Assembly: GCA_016713525.1 (NCBI GenBank)
Contig: JADJOZ010000007.1
Location: forward strand, 19,969 to 83,968
Direction of reading: 5' to 3'
Length of the DNA: 64,000 nucleotides
From: Bacteroidota bacterium
Lineage (GTDB): Bacteria; Bacteroidota; Bacteroidia; AKYH767-A; OLB10
The notes under the pieces are model-generated. The model was not told the DNA's origin, did not search any database, and worked only from the letters and a program-made list of their open reading frames with translations. The number at the start of each line of letters is the position of its first letter. The first letter of the stretch is position 1. The translations under genes and the position numbers were made by a program. Shown here one piece after another: positions 30,339 through 41,233 of this stretch.

Positions 30339-33188
30339 TTATTTACTGAGGTACATAGATTTCTCCTTGTACAAATGTCTGAAATAAGGATCTTCCAACG
30401 AATCGATAAACCGGATTGCTTCACCGGTTGATTTCATTTCAGGACCCAGTTCTTTATTCACATTCGGGAACTTATCGAATGAGAACACAGGTTCTTTTAT
30501 AGCATAACCAAATTTCCTGGGTTCAATTTTAAAATCAGAAAGTTTGTGAGTACCCAACATAACTTTGGTGGCAATATTAATGTATGGAACCAGATGAGCT
30601 TTAGCGATAAAAGGAACAGTACGCGACGCTCTTGGATTTGCTTCAATCACATACACTTTTTCTTTTTTAATCGCATATTGGATATTCAGTAAACCGCGAA
30701 TATTCAGTGCCAGTGCAATTTTTTGAGCATATTCACGCATCTGATCCAATACATGTTCAGAAAGATTGAATGGTGGCAATACCGCAAATGAATCACCAGA
30801 ATGAATTCCTGCAGGTTCAATGTGTTCCATGAGACCAATAAACTGAATATTTTCGCCATCACAAATTACATCTGCTTCTGCTTCTTCAGCTCTGTCGAGG
30901 AAGTGATCTATCAGTACTCTGTTTCCGGGCAAATTTTTGAGCAGTTTAATAACAGCATTTTCAAGTTCTTCATCATTAATAACAATACTCATTCCCTGTC
31001 CGCCTAACACATACGAAGGCCTTACCAACACCGGATAGCCGACCTGATTGGCAACCACAAGTGCCTCTTCAGCAGATTCAGCAACACCATACAATGGGTA
31101 TGGAATATCGAGATTTTTCAGAAGGTCACTGAATCTTCCGCGGTCTTCAGCGAGATCCATATTTTCGAAGGAAGTACCAATAATTTTAATTCCTTTTTCG
31201 TGCAGTCTTTCAGATAATTTCAAAGCAGTTTGTCCACCCAGCTGCACAATTACACCTTCCGGTTTTTCGAACTCTATCAATTCATAGATATGTTCCCAGA
31301 AAACAGGTTCGAAATAAAGCTTATCGGCAATATCAAAATCGGTTGAAACCGTTTCGGGGTTACAATTCACCATGATAGCTTCAAACCCTGCTTCTTTAGC
31401 AGCAAGTACTCCATGCACACATGCATAATCAAACTCAATCCCCTGTCCTATTCTGTTTGGTCCTGAACCAAGCACAATAATTTTCTTTTTATCACTACGA
31501 ACAGATTCATTACTGATTATCGTTTTGCCATCGGCAGCAGTGTAACCATTTTCAAATGTAGAATAAAAATATGGGGTTTTGGAAGGGAATTCAGCTGCGC
31601 ATGTATCGACTGTTTTATAGACTCTGTTAATGCCAAGTTCTTTTCGTCGGGCATAAACTTCATCTTCGGTTACATTACTCAGGACATACGCAATTTGATT
31701 ATCTGAGTAACCTTTTTGTTTCAATTCCAGGAAAAAATCGGCAGGCAGATTTTGCAGATTGTATCTCTTCAGTTCCTGCTCCATCAGTACTAACTGTTGA
31801 ATCTCATGCAAGAACCATTTATCAATTTTTGTAAGGTTAAAAATAGATTGAATTGGCACACCTAACTTGAGTGCTTCCTTAACATGAAAAAGGCGATCCC
31901 ACGAAGCATGTTCCAGATTATAAACAATATCATCGAGTTTGGTTGATCCGGTTCCATCAGCACCCAGGCCCGATTTATTTATTTCAAGCGACTGACATGC
32001 TTTTTGCAGGGCTTCAATAAAGCTGCGGCCAATTCCCATTGCTTCACCAACAGATTTCATTTGTAAGCCAAGTGTACGATCGGCAACGGTTAATTTATCA
32101 AAATTCCAGCGAGGTATTTTTACAATTACGTAATCGAGTGTTGGTTCAAAGAAAGCAGATGTTGAACCGGTGACCTGATTCTGCAACTCATCTAAATTGT
32201 AACCAATTGCCATTTTTGCAGCAATTTTAGCAATCGGATATCCGGTAGCCTTCGATGCCAAAGCAGATGAACGGGAAACACGGGGATTAATCTCAACAGC
32301 AATTATGCTTTCATCTTCGGGATTAACTGCAAACTGTACATTACAACCGCCGGCAAATTCACCAATAGCCCGCATCATTTTGATTGCCAGGTTACGCATG
32401 TGCTGGAACGTTTTATCGCTCAGAGTCATTGCAGGAGCAATAGTTATGGAATCGCCGGTATGAATTCCCATCGGATCAAAATTCTCGATCGAACAAATGA
32501 TAATTACATTGTCTTTGTTATCCCGAAGCAATTCCAGTTCATATTCTTTCCATCCAAAAACAGCTTTCTCAATCAGAACTTCATGGATGGGCGATGCTTG
32601 CAGACCACGCATCAGTTTATCTTCAAATTCTTCTTTTTTAAAGACAAATCCTGCACCGGTTCCACCGAGTGTGTACGAAGGCCGTATGACCAATGGATAA
32701 CCCAGATTTTGAGCAATTTCTTTACCTTCGAGAAAGGAATTGGCAACTTTGGAAGGAGCAACACCAACACCAATATCAATCATTAGCTGACGAAAAGCTT
32801 CTCTGTTTTCAGTGGTTTCAATAGCTTCAATATTGACTCCGATAATACGGACTCCATATTTTTTCCAAATTCCCATTTCATCAGCTTCTTTGCACAAATT
32901 CAATGCTGTTTGGCCTCCCATGGTTGGAAGAACAGCATCAATTTTCCTTTCTTCCAGAATCTGAATCAATGATTCGGTATTCAAGGGCAGCAGATAAATA
33001 TTATCTGCTGTCACCCTATCTGTCATGATAGTTGCGGGATTGGAATTTATAAGTGATACTTCAATTCCTTCTTCTTTCAAAGAGCGGGCGGCCTGAGAAC
33101 CGCTGTAATCGAATTCACAAGCTTGTCCGATAATAATTGGACCGCTTCCGATAATTAAAACTGACTTAATGGATGAATCTTCCGGCAT
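30339..33188 (-). CDS. carB: Carbamoyl-phosphate synthase large subunit
   Basis: Duplicated ATP-grasp halves (IGSGPIIIGQACEFDYSGSQA and LGSGPNRIGQGIEFDYACVH). The likely start is MPEDSSIKSVLIIGSG at 33188. The ORF track extends about 30 codons further upstream, which is probably read-through rather than coding. Confidence 0.9.
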   Translation of the reverse strand: MPEDSSIKSVLIIGSGPIIIGQACEFDYSGSQAARSLKEEGIEVSLINSNPATIMTDRVTADNIYLLPLNTESLIQILEERKIDAVLPTMGGQTALNLCKEADEMGIWKKYGVRIIGVNIEAIETTENREAFRQLMIDIGVGVAPSKVANSFLEGKEIAQNLGYPLVIRPSYTLGGTGAGFVFKKEEFEDKLMRGLQASPIHEVLIEKAVFGWKEYELELLRDNKDNVIIICSIENFDPMGIHTGDSITIAPAMTLSDKTFQHMRNLAIKMMRAIGEFAGGCNVQFAVNPEDESIIAVEINPRVSRSSALASKATGYPIAKIAAKMAIGYNLDELQNQVTGSTSAFFEPTLDYVIVKIPRWNFDKLTVADRTLGLQMKSVGEAMGIGRSFIEALQKACQSLEINKSGLGADGTGSTKLDDIVYNLEHASWDRLFHVKEALKLGVPIQSIFNLTKIDKWFLHEIQQLVLMEQELKRYNLQNLPADFFLELKQKGYSDNQIAYVLSNVTEDEVYARRKELGINRVYKTVDTCAAEFPSKTPYFYSTFENGYTAADGKTIISNESVRSDKKKIIVLGSGPNRIGQGIEFDYACVHGVLAAKEAGFEAIMVNCNPETVSTDFDIADKLYFEPVFWEHIYELIEFEKPEGVIVQLGGQTALKLSERLHEKGIKIIGTSFENMDLAEDRGRFSDLLKNLDIPYPLYGVAESAEEALVVANQVGYPVLVRPSYVLGGQGMSIVINDEELENAVIKLLKNLPGNRVLIDHFLDRAEEAEADVICDGENIQFIGLMEHIEPAGIHSGDSFAVLPPFNLSEHVLDQMREYAQKIALALNIRGLLNIQYAIKKEKVYVIEANPRASRTVPFIAKAHLVPYINIATKVMLGTHKLSDFKIEPRKFGYAIKEPVFSFDKFPNVNKELGPEMKSTGEAIRFIDSLEDPYFRHLYKEKSMYLSK

Positions 33189-33591
33189 TGCAAGGTGCTG
33201 ATTTAAGTGAAAATTCCGGCCTGGGATGGCTGTCTTTCGACCAGGGTCATCCAGCCCCGGAAACGGCTGCAAAGCTACCAATAATAAACCGATTACTTTA
33301 ATATTGTTAGTAAATATGCCATAATTACAAATTGCTGATAATCAACATTCTGAATATGCAAAATAAAATGATTTGAAATTCATGATAAAACGGACAGCGA
33401 CTCATTGAAAATGGGCATGATCTGAAATAAAACCTTCTGTTACTATCTCATAAACGGAAATGCTGATTCTTTAGGATAGCTTTGCAGGTAAAATACACCT
33501 TGAAAATTGAGTCACTTCAGCCTGCATTTAACTGATATCCACTGGAACTGTCAAAGGTTTGGAACCGGTACTAAACTGCTGATAGCTTTTC

Positions 33592-34329
33592 ATGGCTTCA
33601 ATCGTACGTCGGATGATTTTCACGTTTGAAAAGCATTTAAGAGATTCTTATACCATAGTTGCTGTTGATCTCATATTTCATGGCAAAACTCTTCTGGCAG
33701 ACAGTTTTTCAACTAAAGGACTTTTTACAATGGATAATTTAGAAGAATTGATTCGAGCAATTCTTAAAAATGAAAATAAAGAGCAATTTTCGGTAATGGG
33801 CTACAGTTTTGGAGGCAGGCTGGCGATGAATTGCATCCTTCTATTTCCGGATAAGGTAGATAGCCTGATACTGATTGCATCCGATGCATTAAGATGGAAT
33901 CCGGGCTATTATTTTGCTACCAAAAGCTTAATTGGAAAGACCATTTTCCGGCTGATGACCAATAATCCGGACTTTGTGGTTTCCATTCTTGGTTTCTTAA
34001 GCGCGATCAGTTTAATACATCCAAAAGCTTTTGAATTTTATAAGAACCAGCTATCTTTTCAACCTGTGCGACAAAAAATTTATGATGTGTGGATGGCGCA
34101 CAGGAATATGGTTCCTGATATTTCATTGATGCAGAAAAATATAAATAAGTTCCATATTCAAGTACTGCTGATTTTTGGTGCACATGACAGAATTATCCCG
34201 GCAAGGGCGGGAAAGAAACTTATCAGAAGTTTAAAGAAAAATGCACGGGAAGTTATCATAGATGCAGGGCATCGTGTTATTGAAAAAAGCCAAGCTATCA
34301 GTGAAGAAATATGGAATCATTTAAAATGA
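33592..34329 (+). CDS. Alpha/beta hydrolase; its N-terminus (...TGTKLLIAFHGFNRTSDDF) lies in another frame upstream, about 33530..33620
   Basis: GYSFGGRLAM nucleophile elbow. The upstream alternate frame carries the oxyanion HGF motif, implying a frameshift near 33615. Confidence 0.6.
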   Translation: MASIVRRMIFTFEKHLRDSYTIVAVDLIFHGKTLLADSFSTKGLFTMDNLEELIRAILKNENKEQFSVMGYSFGGRLAMNCILLFPDKVDSLILIASDALRWNPGYYFATKSLIGKTIFRLMTNNPDFVVSILGFLSAISLIHPKAFEFYKNQLSFQPVRQKIYDVWMAHRNMVPDISLMQKNINKFHIQVLLIFGAHDRIIPARAGKKLIRSLKKNAREVIIDAGHRVIEKSQAISEEIWNHLK

Positions 34330-34369
34330 AAACTGCCGGCAATACCAAATATATTGCCGGCAGATAATA

Positions 34370-36307
34370 TCATTTTTTATTTTTATAATCGGATAAGTTT
34401 TTGGTGGCTGCAATTTTATTATCAGAGAATATAGTAATCAAATAGGAACCAGCCTGTAGTCGGTCGAGGGGCATGGTAAAAGTGCTGTTACTGAATAATG
34501 GGTTAACAATTTGTGCCACTGTTCTGCCTGCAAGATCTGTTATAACAAGAGAAGTAATTTCAAGTTCTGATCCGGTCTTTATAGTGATCTGATCACCTGC
34601 AGGATTAGGATAGAACATAAAATCGTTGGCTTCAAGTTCATCTAAACCAACACCTGTACAGTTGATTTGAGATGTGATCGTTTTTACGCAAACACCATTG
34701 TCAATCAAGAATTCCAGGTTCACAAATCCGGTACTACCAACACACGAAAATGTATCGCCAGCAACGGGTGCTCCACCATTGACAATATGAGAAACCGTAT
34801 AGGTAACTAAACCGGTCATCGGACAACCAGTCATGTCCAACACTGCCTGATTAGTGCCAACATTAACAATCGCACAGGAAGAAACATCCTGAAACACGCT
34901 ATTTATGATTGCATTGGATGTATCATCAGTACATTGTGTAGGGAAGACCTGAATACTGAAGTGTACAATTTCAGATGTTGGAGCAAGGGAGAAGAATATT
35001 GTAAAATTGAGAGTTCCGATTAGTGGAGTACCGGGATCAGGAACAAACTGATTGGGAAAACCGGCAGCGACTAAATCGGGAACAGATTGAGCACCTACCT
35101 GGTTAAAAAACTCATCATAAAATACTGCATTAAATCCTATACGGGTTGAAGGATCGTTTGTAAAATCAACAGGCACAGCATATACTACAGAATCGAAGGC
35201 ACAAATAGAATCGGCGGATGCAAATGTAAGCGGTCCGGTAATAACTGCACAATTAATGGCTACGGGGCCGTCCCATCTGAACATGGGTGCATTTAATTCA
35301 TTGGACCCTGTCCAGCCAATTTCTGCTGCAATAAATTCTATATCTGAATGGATTAAATTATCGGCAGAATACCAGGTATCGCCATCATCCAAAGTAAATG
35401 CAGTACCACCTCCGGCTTGTGGTGAAGAAAGAAAATATGTTGAGGCCGTTCCGGGAACAAATGTTAAGACCTTTGTTAAAATATTAGCAGTATTTGTTGC
35501 AACCAAACTCCAGGTGGCACCGCCATCTGTGGTACGAATAACATCGGAAAGTGCCGGACCAGGGCTTCCATTACTTGCAATACCATTTAATGCATCTTTG
35601 AAAGCAATATCGCCAATATATGAACCTGTATATGGTGTTGATGCAACAGTCCAGTTCAAACCACGATCAATGGTTTTATAAATACGCCCCAAATTAGTTC
35701 CGAACCAAAGCGTACTATCACCATGCGCAGTATAAACACTGGTAATTCCAAATTCACCTGATAGTTGCGGAGCAATATTTGCCTGCGGAGTTCTTTCCCA
35801 GTCATTACCACCATCCGAAGTAGTATATATTTCAAAGTATCCGGCATTCGGATCTCCCATGCAAATGCCATTGTTGGCATCAAAAAAGTAAACAATATTA
35901 GGGAAACCTGCTGGAGCAGCAAAAACTGCTGAATCCTGACTTTGCCAATTCACACCACCATCAATAGTTTTCATAATTTTTCCCCCACCACCAGTAGCAT
36001 AGAACATAACAGCCCAGGCAGTGTCTGCATTCAGTCCAAAAATTCCGGATGGACATAATCCGGCAGCATTATTTATGGGTCCTGCAATCCATAAATTACC
36101 CCCATCGATTGTCTTAGTGAACTCTTGAACGGGAGCCAATTGATTTGTTGGGTCGGCAGCTATTGCCCAAACAACACTGGTATCGACAGCATCAATAAAC
36201 TGAGCAAAGCGGTTTGCTGATAAATTAGAAGGTTGCGCGACCCATTGAGCCGTAGAAGCAAACGAGATGACACTTAGGATTGCTACAAGTAGTATATTTT
36301 TTTTCAT
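34370..36307 (-). CDS. Secreted BNR/Ycf48-like beta-propeller protein with a T9SS C-terminal sorting domain
   Basis: Signal peptide. Multiple S/T-x-D-G-G-x-x-W BNR motifs (TIDGGNLW, TIDGGVNWQ, TSDGGNDWE, TIDRGLNWT, TTDGGATWS, LDDGDTWY). C-terminal ...FYPNPAGDQITIK...ITDLAGRTV...GSYLITIF. Confidence 0.7.
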   Translation of the reverse strand: MKKNILLVAILSVISFASTAQWVAQPSNLSANRFAQFIDAVDTSVVWAIAADPTNQLAPVQEFTKTIDGGNLWIAGPINNAAGLCPSGIFGLNADTAWAVMFYATGGGGKIMKTIDGGVNWQSQDSAVFAAPAGFPNIVYFFDANNGICMGDPNAGYFEIYTTSDGGNDWERTPQANIAPQLSGEFGITSVYTAHGDSTLWFGTNLGRIYKTIDRGLNWTVASTPYTGSYIGDIAFKDALNGIASNGSPGPALSDVIRTTDGGATWSLVATNTANILTKVLTFVPGTASTYFLSSPQAGGGTAFTLDDGDTWYSADNLIHSDIEFIAAEIGWTGSNELNAPMFRWDGPVAINCAVITGPLTFASADSICAFDSVVYAVPVDFTNDPSTRIGFNAVFYDEFFNQVGAQSVPDLVAAGFPNQFVPDPGTPLIGTLNFTIFFSLAPTSEIVHFSIQVFPTQCTDDTSNAIINSVFQDVSSCAIVNVGTNQAVLDMTGCPMTGLVTYTVSHIVNGGAPVAGDTFSCVGSTGFVNLEFLIDNGVCVKTITSQINCTGVGLDELEANDFMFYPNPAGDQITIKTGSELEITSLVITDLAGRTVAQIVNPLFSNSTFTMPLDRLQAGSYLITIFSDNKIAATKNLSDYKNKK

Positions 36308-36485
36308 GAATTAGATTTTATATGGTTTCGTAATGGGTAGGTAAATGTAGCAGAAAAAATGGAATTTGCAAACCCTGGTCAAAAACATTCTAAAAGAATA
36401 AAAATCGAATCCGAATCAACTATCAAAATAATTTTACTACTACTGAAATTCAATTACTTACGAAACATTATTTAACCTATAAAGT

Positions 36486-36512
36486 AAAAAAAAAGCCACC
36501 CATAGGGTAGCT
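36486..36512 (-). terminator. Rho-independent terminator downstream of rpmH
   Basis: On the minus strand: agctaccc-tat-gggtggct stem-loop (one G.U pair) followed by T9. Confidence 0.55.
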
Positions 36513-36536
36513 TATATTAGTGAGATGGATTACAAT

Positions 36537-36690
36537 TAAGAATTTCTTCTCAATGAACCTTCATCAGATACGGTTAATTTGTGACGACCTTTAGCTCTTC
36601 TAGCGGCTAATACACGGCGACCATTGGCACTTGACATTCTTTGACGGAATCCGTGCTTATTTTTTCTTTTCCTTACGGAAGGCTGATACG
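36537..36690 (-). CDS. rpmH: 50S ribosomal protein L34
   Basis: Translation [47 protein letters not shown]..., 51 aa. The L34 signature is clear. It is below the ORF-track length cut-off. Confidence 0.85.
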
Positions 36691-36788
36691 TTCTTTGCAT
36701 AACAATTCTCTTATACGGGAGTGCAAAAATACTGAAATAATTGAATCACAAAAGGAAATTTTCTAATTTTATTTAATACTACTGATAA

Positions 36789-37418
36789 TCAAATGATTAG
36801 AAACACAATTTTTTTTGTCATGAAAAAATCCTCATTAAAATAGTTCGAAACAGGCAATATTTCAGTGAGTCCTTTGAATGGTTGAAGTTCTTCATCGAGA
36901 TCACCACCTTTCAGACAAATAATCCCATTTGGCATAGCATGTTGTTGTTTTCTGGCTATTTTCAATCTGCTCCATTTATAAAGGTCATGTAAAGGTGCTG
37001 TAGCCCGGGAGACTACGTAATCGAATTGACCAGTGATATTTTCTGCCCGGTCGCATACAGCCTTTGCATTGGGTAGTTCCAGACGTTGTATGATATCTTC
37101 AACAACCTTAATTTTTTTTCCAATTGAATCTATTAATGTAAAAGTTGTTTCCGGAAATAATATGGCCAGTGGAATACCCGGAAAACCACCACCGGTGCCG
37201 ATATCTAAAACTTGTGCTCCGGGTTTAAAACTAATGAATTTTGCTATGGCCAGGGAATGCAACAAATGCCTTTCATACAGATGGCTGATATCGTTTCTGG
37301 AAATCAGATTAACCTTTGCATTCCACTCCTCATAAAGTGGACCAAGATTAATTAATTGCTGCCTGGCTATAGGGGTCAGGTTCGGGAAATACTTATCGAT
37401 TAACGTAATATCATTCAT
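36789..37418 (-). CDS. rsmG: 16S rRNA (guanine527-N7)-methyltransferase
   Basis: VLDIGTGGGFPGIPLAI SAM motif. It is 209 aa, and the GidB family sits in a conserved position near rpmH. Confidence 0.85.
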   Translation of the reverse strand: MNDITLIDKYFPNLTPIARQQLINLGPLYEEWNAKVNLISRNDISHLYERHLLHSLAIAKFISFKPGAQVLDIGTGGGFPGIPLAILFPETTFTLIDSIGKKIKVVEDIIQRLELPNAKAVCDRAENITGQFDYVVSRATAPLHDLYKWSRLKIARKQQHAMPNGIICLKGGDLDEELQPFKGLTEILPVSNYFNEDFFMTKKIVFLII

Positions 37419-37452
37419 AAAAAGAAACTGCCCTTCAGAGGGCAGTTATTCA

Positions 37453-38106
37453 TTACAATTTGTGTTCAGAATTTTTCATTATTTGATAAAGAAACTCTCT
37501 AGCCCGGAAGAGTTGTGCTTTCACGGTTCCGAGAGGTAATTGTAGTTCATCAGCAATTTCTTCGTAAGAGCGTTCCTGAAAATACCTGAGTTCCACTAAT
37601 TTTTTATAGCGGGGTTTCAGTCTTTCCACAACATCGCGCATCATCATCACCTTTTGCTTCTTCATCATATTCTCTTCAGGATCCGGCTGATTCGATTTGA
37701 TATCAATGGTTAATTCACCACCATCATCTGTTTCAAGACCTTTATCAATAGAGAATGTTTGCTTTCTTTTCTTACGGATAAAATCGATGCAATTGTTTGT
37801 AGCGATTTTGAAAAGCCAGGTACTGAAAGCGTAATCAGGAGTATATTGCTTTATATTTTTGAAAGCTTTTCCAAAAGCCTCAATGGTAAGATCATCGGCA
37901 TCATCCCGGTTGTTCACCATTTTCAGCAACATAAAGTATATTGAATCTTTATAACGGGACATCAGTTCGGCATAAGCCTTCTGGTCACCGCTATCGATGG
38001 CATTGCGAACCAACTGATAATCTTTGAGCGCTTTATCGCTCAGATTCGGATTTATCTTTGAAGGAACCGATTCATCACTGGTAGTAGTATCCTGATTTAT
38101 TTCCAT
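37453..38106 (-). CDS. RNA polymerase sigma-70 factor, ECF-like
   Basis: Region 2 (FSTWLFKIATNNCIDFIRKK) and region 4 HTH (SYEEIADELQLPLGTVKAQLFRAR). Confidence 0.75.
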   Translation of the reverse strand: MEINQDTTTSDESVPSKINPNLSDKALKDYQLVRNAIDSGDQKAYAELMSRYKDSIYFMLLKMVNNRDDADDLTIEAFGKAFKNIKQYTPDYAFSTWLFKIATNNCIDFIRKKRKQTFSIDKGLETDDGGELTIDIKSNQPDPEENMMKKQKVMMMRDVVERLKPRYKKLVELRYFQERSYEEIADELQLPLGTVKAQLFRAREFLYQIMKNSEHKL

Positions 38107-39215
38107 GTTTTATCTTTAATCAAAAGGTTGGCGACCGCAAGGGCCGGATATATAAGTACAATCGCAAGATCGAATAACGGAATCATCCAAATGATATCCA
38201 TCTCTCCCAGCCTCTTCATACAATTGCCAAAAATAATCAATTGTACGAACAAACGCAGCAACCAGGCACCAAGTATGACTTCCCACTGATAACCAGTTAC
38301 TAAGAGTAAAATTAGTGCAGCATAAAACACAAACATGGAGAAAAAGAACGTGCCAATCATGAATTTATGTCCCGGTTTATACAATTTCCCGGTGCTCATG
38401 TGTCTTTTTTTCTGACTAAACCATCCCAACCAGCTGTTTCTGGGTTCAGAAACTGTGAAAGATGACGGATGTAATTCAATCCGGGTGTTTTTTGAAGTGG
38501 CTGTTTCATTAATGAATAAATCATCGTCACCCGACATCACATGGTTATGACTTGCAAAACCTTTATTTTTAAAAAAAAGTTCTTTTCGGTAGGAAAGATT
38601 CCTACCAACACCCATGTATGGGTTTCCGCCCAAAGCACTTGATAAATACTGAACAGCATTGAAAACGGTGTCCATTCGAACCCATTTGTTCAAAAAGCCC
38701 GATACTTTCCGGTAGGCACCATAACCAATAACGATATCAACACCTTGTTCATAACGCGACACCATATAAGATATCCATTCATCAGAGGCGGGTTTACAAT
38801 CTGCATCCGTCATCAATAAATGATCATATTTTGCAGCTTTAATTCCCAATGAAAGGGCAAATTTTTTGCCATGGCGATATTTCTCCTGTTCATTGATGGT
38901 CACCACTTTAAGGTGAGGGTACAAAGGTTGAATTTCTTCAAGATAATTGCTGCTCTCATCCCAGGAACAATCGTTTACAACAATTACTTGAAACTCGGGA
39001 TATTTCTGATCCAGAACCGATTGCAGATTTTCTTTGAGATTCTTAAGTTCGTTTCTGGCGCAAATTATAACCGAAACCGGCAGCTTTTTTGCAGGTACAG
39101 AATTCACCCTGGCAAAAGCCAGTTTGCTAAAGCGAATTAAGAAATAATAGAGCTGCACTAAAAGCATCACTCCGCCCCCAATAATCCCCCAGGTTTGAAT
39201 ACTATACCAATCCAT
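38097..39215 (-). CDS. Membrane-anchored family 2 glycosyltransferase
   Basis: VSVIICARNE...VIVVNDCSWDES...MTDADC has DXD-like motifs. Flanking TM helices. Confidence 0.65.
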   Translation of the reverse strand: MDWYSIQTWGIIGGGVMLLVQLYYFLIRFSKLAFARVNSVPAKKLPVSVIICARNELKNLKENLQSVLDQKYPEFQVIVVNDCSWDESSNYLEEIQPLYPHLKVVTINEQEKYRHGKKFALSLGIKAAKYDHLLMTDADCKPASDEWISYMVSRYEQGVDIVIGYGAYRKVSGFLNKWVRMDTVFNAVQYLSSALGGNPYMGVGRNLSYRKELFFKNKGFASHNHVMSGDDDLFINETATSKNTRIELHPSSFTVSEPRNSWLGWFSQKKRHMSTGKLYKPGHKFMIGTFFFSMFVFYAALILLLVTGYQWEVILGAWLLRLFVQLIIFGNCMKRLGEMDIIWMIPLFDLAIVLIYPALAVANLLIKDKTWK

Positions 39216-39315
39216 AATTCACAATTCAGGCAATCACGCAAATCTATGAGGATAAGTAAGGGACATTATTTCTATCTTTGACAAGATATTAACACAAGCA
39301 GTTTAATAAACATTT

Positions 39316-40445
39316 ATGAAATTCCGGCTTTTGCTGAAGACCCGGGAAGTAAAGCCAGAGCCGGAGAAATAACAACCGATCATGGCACCATTCCCACCCC
39401 TATTTTTATGCCTGTTGGAACCGCCGGTTCTGTAAAAAGCGTGCATCAGAGGGAATTAGTCAATGATATTGATGCCAAAATAATTTTAGGAAACACCTAT
39501 CACCTCAATCTCAGACCAAGCACTTCCATTCTGCAACAGGCTGGCGGATTGCACAAATTTATGGGTTGGGAACGACCGATTTTGACCGATAGTGGTGGAT
39601 ATCAGGTTTATTCGCTTGCCGCAAACCGAAAAATAAAGGAAGAAGGTGTACACTTCCGGTCTCATATAGATGGATCAAAACACTTTTTATCGCCTGAAAC
39701 TTCTATGGAAATTCAGCGGGTAATTGGTGCCGATATCATTATGGCATTTGATGAATGTACACCATTCCCGTGTGACCACAGAACCGCTAAAAAATCGATG
39801 GAAATGACCCATCGTTGGTTAACCCGATGTTGTGAATATGTTGATAACATGTCGCCACTTTATGGTCACAGTCAGGCACTTTTTCCGATTGTTCAAGGAA
39901 GTGTTTACAAAGATCTCAGAGCACAGTCAGCAGAAGTAATTGCATCTGCTAACCGGGAAGGCAATGCCATCGGAGGATTATCGGTTGGTGAACCGGCAGA
40001 AGACATGTATGAAATGACAGATTTGGTTTGTAGCATTTTACCAAAAGATAAACCCCGGTATTTAATGGGAGTTGGAACTCCTGTTAATTTACTCGAATGT
40101 ATAGCACTGGGAATCGACATGTTTGATTGTGTAATGCCTACACGCAACGCCCGTAATGGCATGTTATTTACAAGCGAAGGTTTCATCAACATCAGAAATG
40201 AAAAGTGGAAAGACGACTTCTCTCCAATTGATGCTCAGGGAAATTGCTTTGCCGACACCCAATATTCCAAAGCTTATCTTAGACATCTCATCATATCAAA
40301 AGAAATATTAGGTGCTCAAATTGCAACCTTACATAATCTTTCATTTTATTTGTGGTTAGTTAGAGAGGCCAGAGTTCGCATTATTGAAGGCACATTTGCA
40401 AGCTGGAAAAATGTGATGGTTAAAAAACTGGCTCAAAGGATATGA
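39316..40445 (+). CDS. tgt: Queuine tRNA-ribosyltransferase; the N-terminal 13 codons (MKFRLLLKTREVKPEPEK) are in a different frame from the body, with a frameshift near 39350
   Basis: ARAGEITTDHGTIPTPIFMPVGTAGSVKSV...LTDSGGYQVYSL...CxCxxC-like Zn site CDHRTAKKSMEMTHRW. The track ORF starts at the internal Met 39408. Confidence 0.85.
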
Positions 40446-41233
40446 GAACCTCCGTCAAAATATTGGATGCATACATTATAAAGAAGTTCCTTTCAACTTT
40501 CTTTTTTGCATTGGGATTGATTATCCTGATTGCCATTGTATTTGATATTTCAGAGAAAATCGATGACTTTTTGGAAAAGAAAGCCCCATTAGAGTCAATA
40601 ATTTTCGATTATTATTTGAATTTTATCCCCTATTTCGCTAATCTTTTCAGTCCGCTATTCATTTTCATCTCAGTTATTTTCTTTACTTCAAAAATGGCAA
40701 GCCAGACAGAAATTGTTGCCATATTATCGAGTGGGATCAGCTTCAGAAGATTGTTAGCACCATACATGGTTGTTGCGGCCATCATTGCCAGTTTGTCTTT
40801 TTATCTCAATGGTTGGGTGATACCTCATTCCAATGAAACCCGTCTGGCATTCGAAAATACCTACATCAAAAATCCATATGTTTTAAAAACCAGAAATATT
40901 CATCGTCAGATAAATCCTGGACAATTTATTTATTTTGAAAGTTACAATACATTGGATGATATAGGATACCGTTTTTCCTATGAAAAATTCGATAATGGCA
41001 AGCTATTGTATAAAATGAATGCGGAAAGATTGGTCTGGGACACAGTCAAAACAGTATGGAGAGCCGAAACCTTTACCATCCGCGAAATTGATGGTATGAA
41101 AGAGAAACTCAGAATTGGTGTGGCACTTGATACCACTTTTTCCTTTTATCCGGAAGAATTCAACCGAAGGGAGAACAACATTCAAACTATGGATATGAAT
41201 GAACTGGAAACATACATTCAGGATAAAAAATGA
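40442..41233 (+). CDS. LptF/LptG (YjgP/YjgQ) family LPS export permease, N-terminal part. Joined to 41230..41529 across an A6 run (41225-41230).
   Basis: MRTSVKILDAYIIKKFL...SSGISFRRLLAPY... typical of LptF/G. There is a periplasmic beta-jellyroll middle section. Confidence 0.7.
   Translation: MRTSVKILDAYIIKKFLSTFFFALGLIILIAIVFDISEKIDDFLEKKAPLESIIFDYYLNFIPYFANLFSPLFIFISVIFFTSKMASQTEIVAILSSGISFRRLLAPYMVVAAIIASLSFYLNGWVIPHSNETRLAFENTYIKNPYVLKTRNIHRQINPGQFIYFESYNTLDDIGYRFSYEKFDNGKLLYKMNAERLVWDTVKTVWRAETFTIREIDGMKEKLRIGVALDTTFSFYPEEFNRRENNIQTMDMNELETYIQDKK

Noticed and set aside
33189-33281. N-terminal 30-codon extension of carB in the ORF track (MVALQPFPGLDDPGRK...)
   Set aside because: CarB homologs begin at the M preceding the first ATP-grasp Gly-loop, here MPEDSSIKSVLIIGSG at 33188. 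The extension is unconserved read-through from an upstream in-frame ATG.
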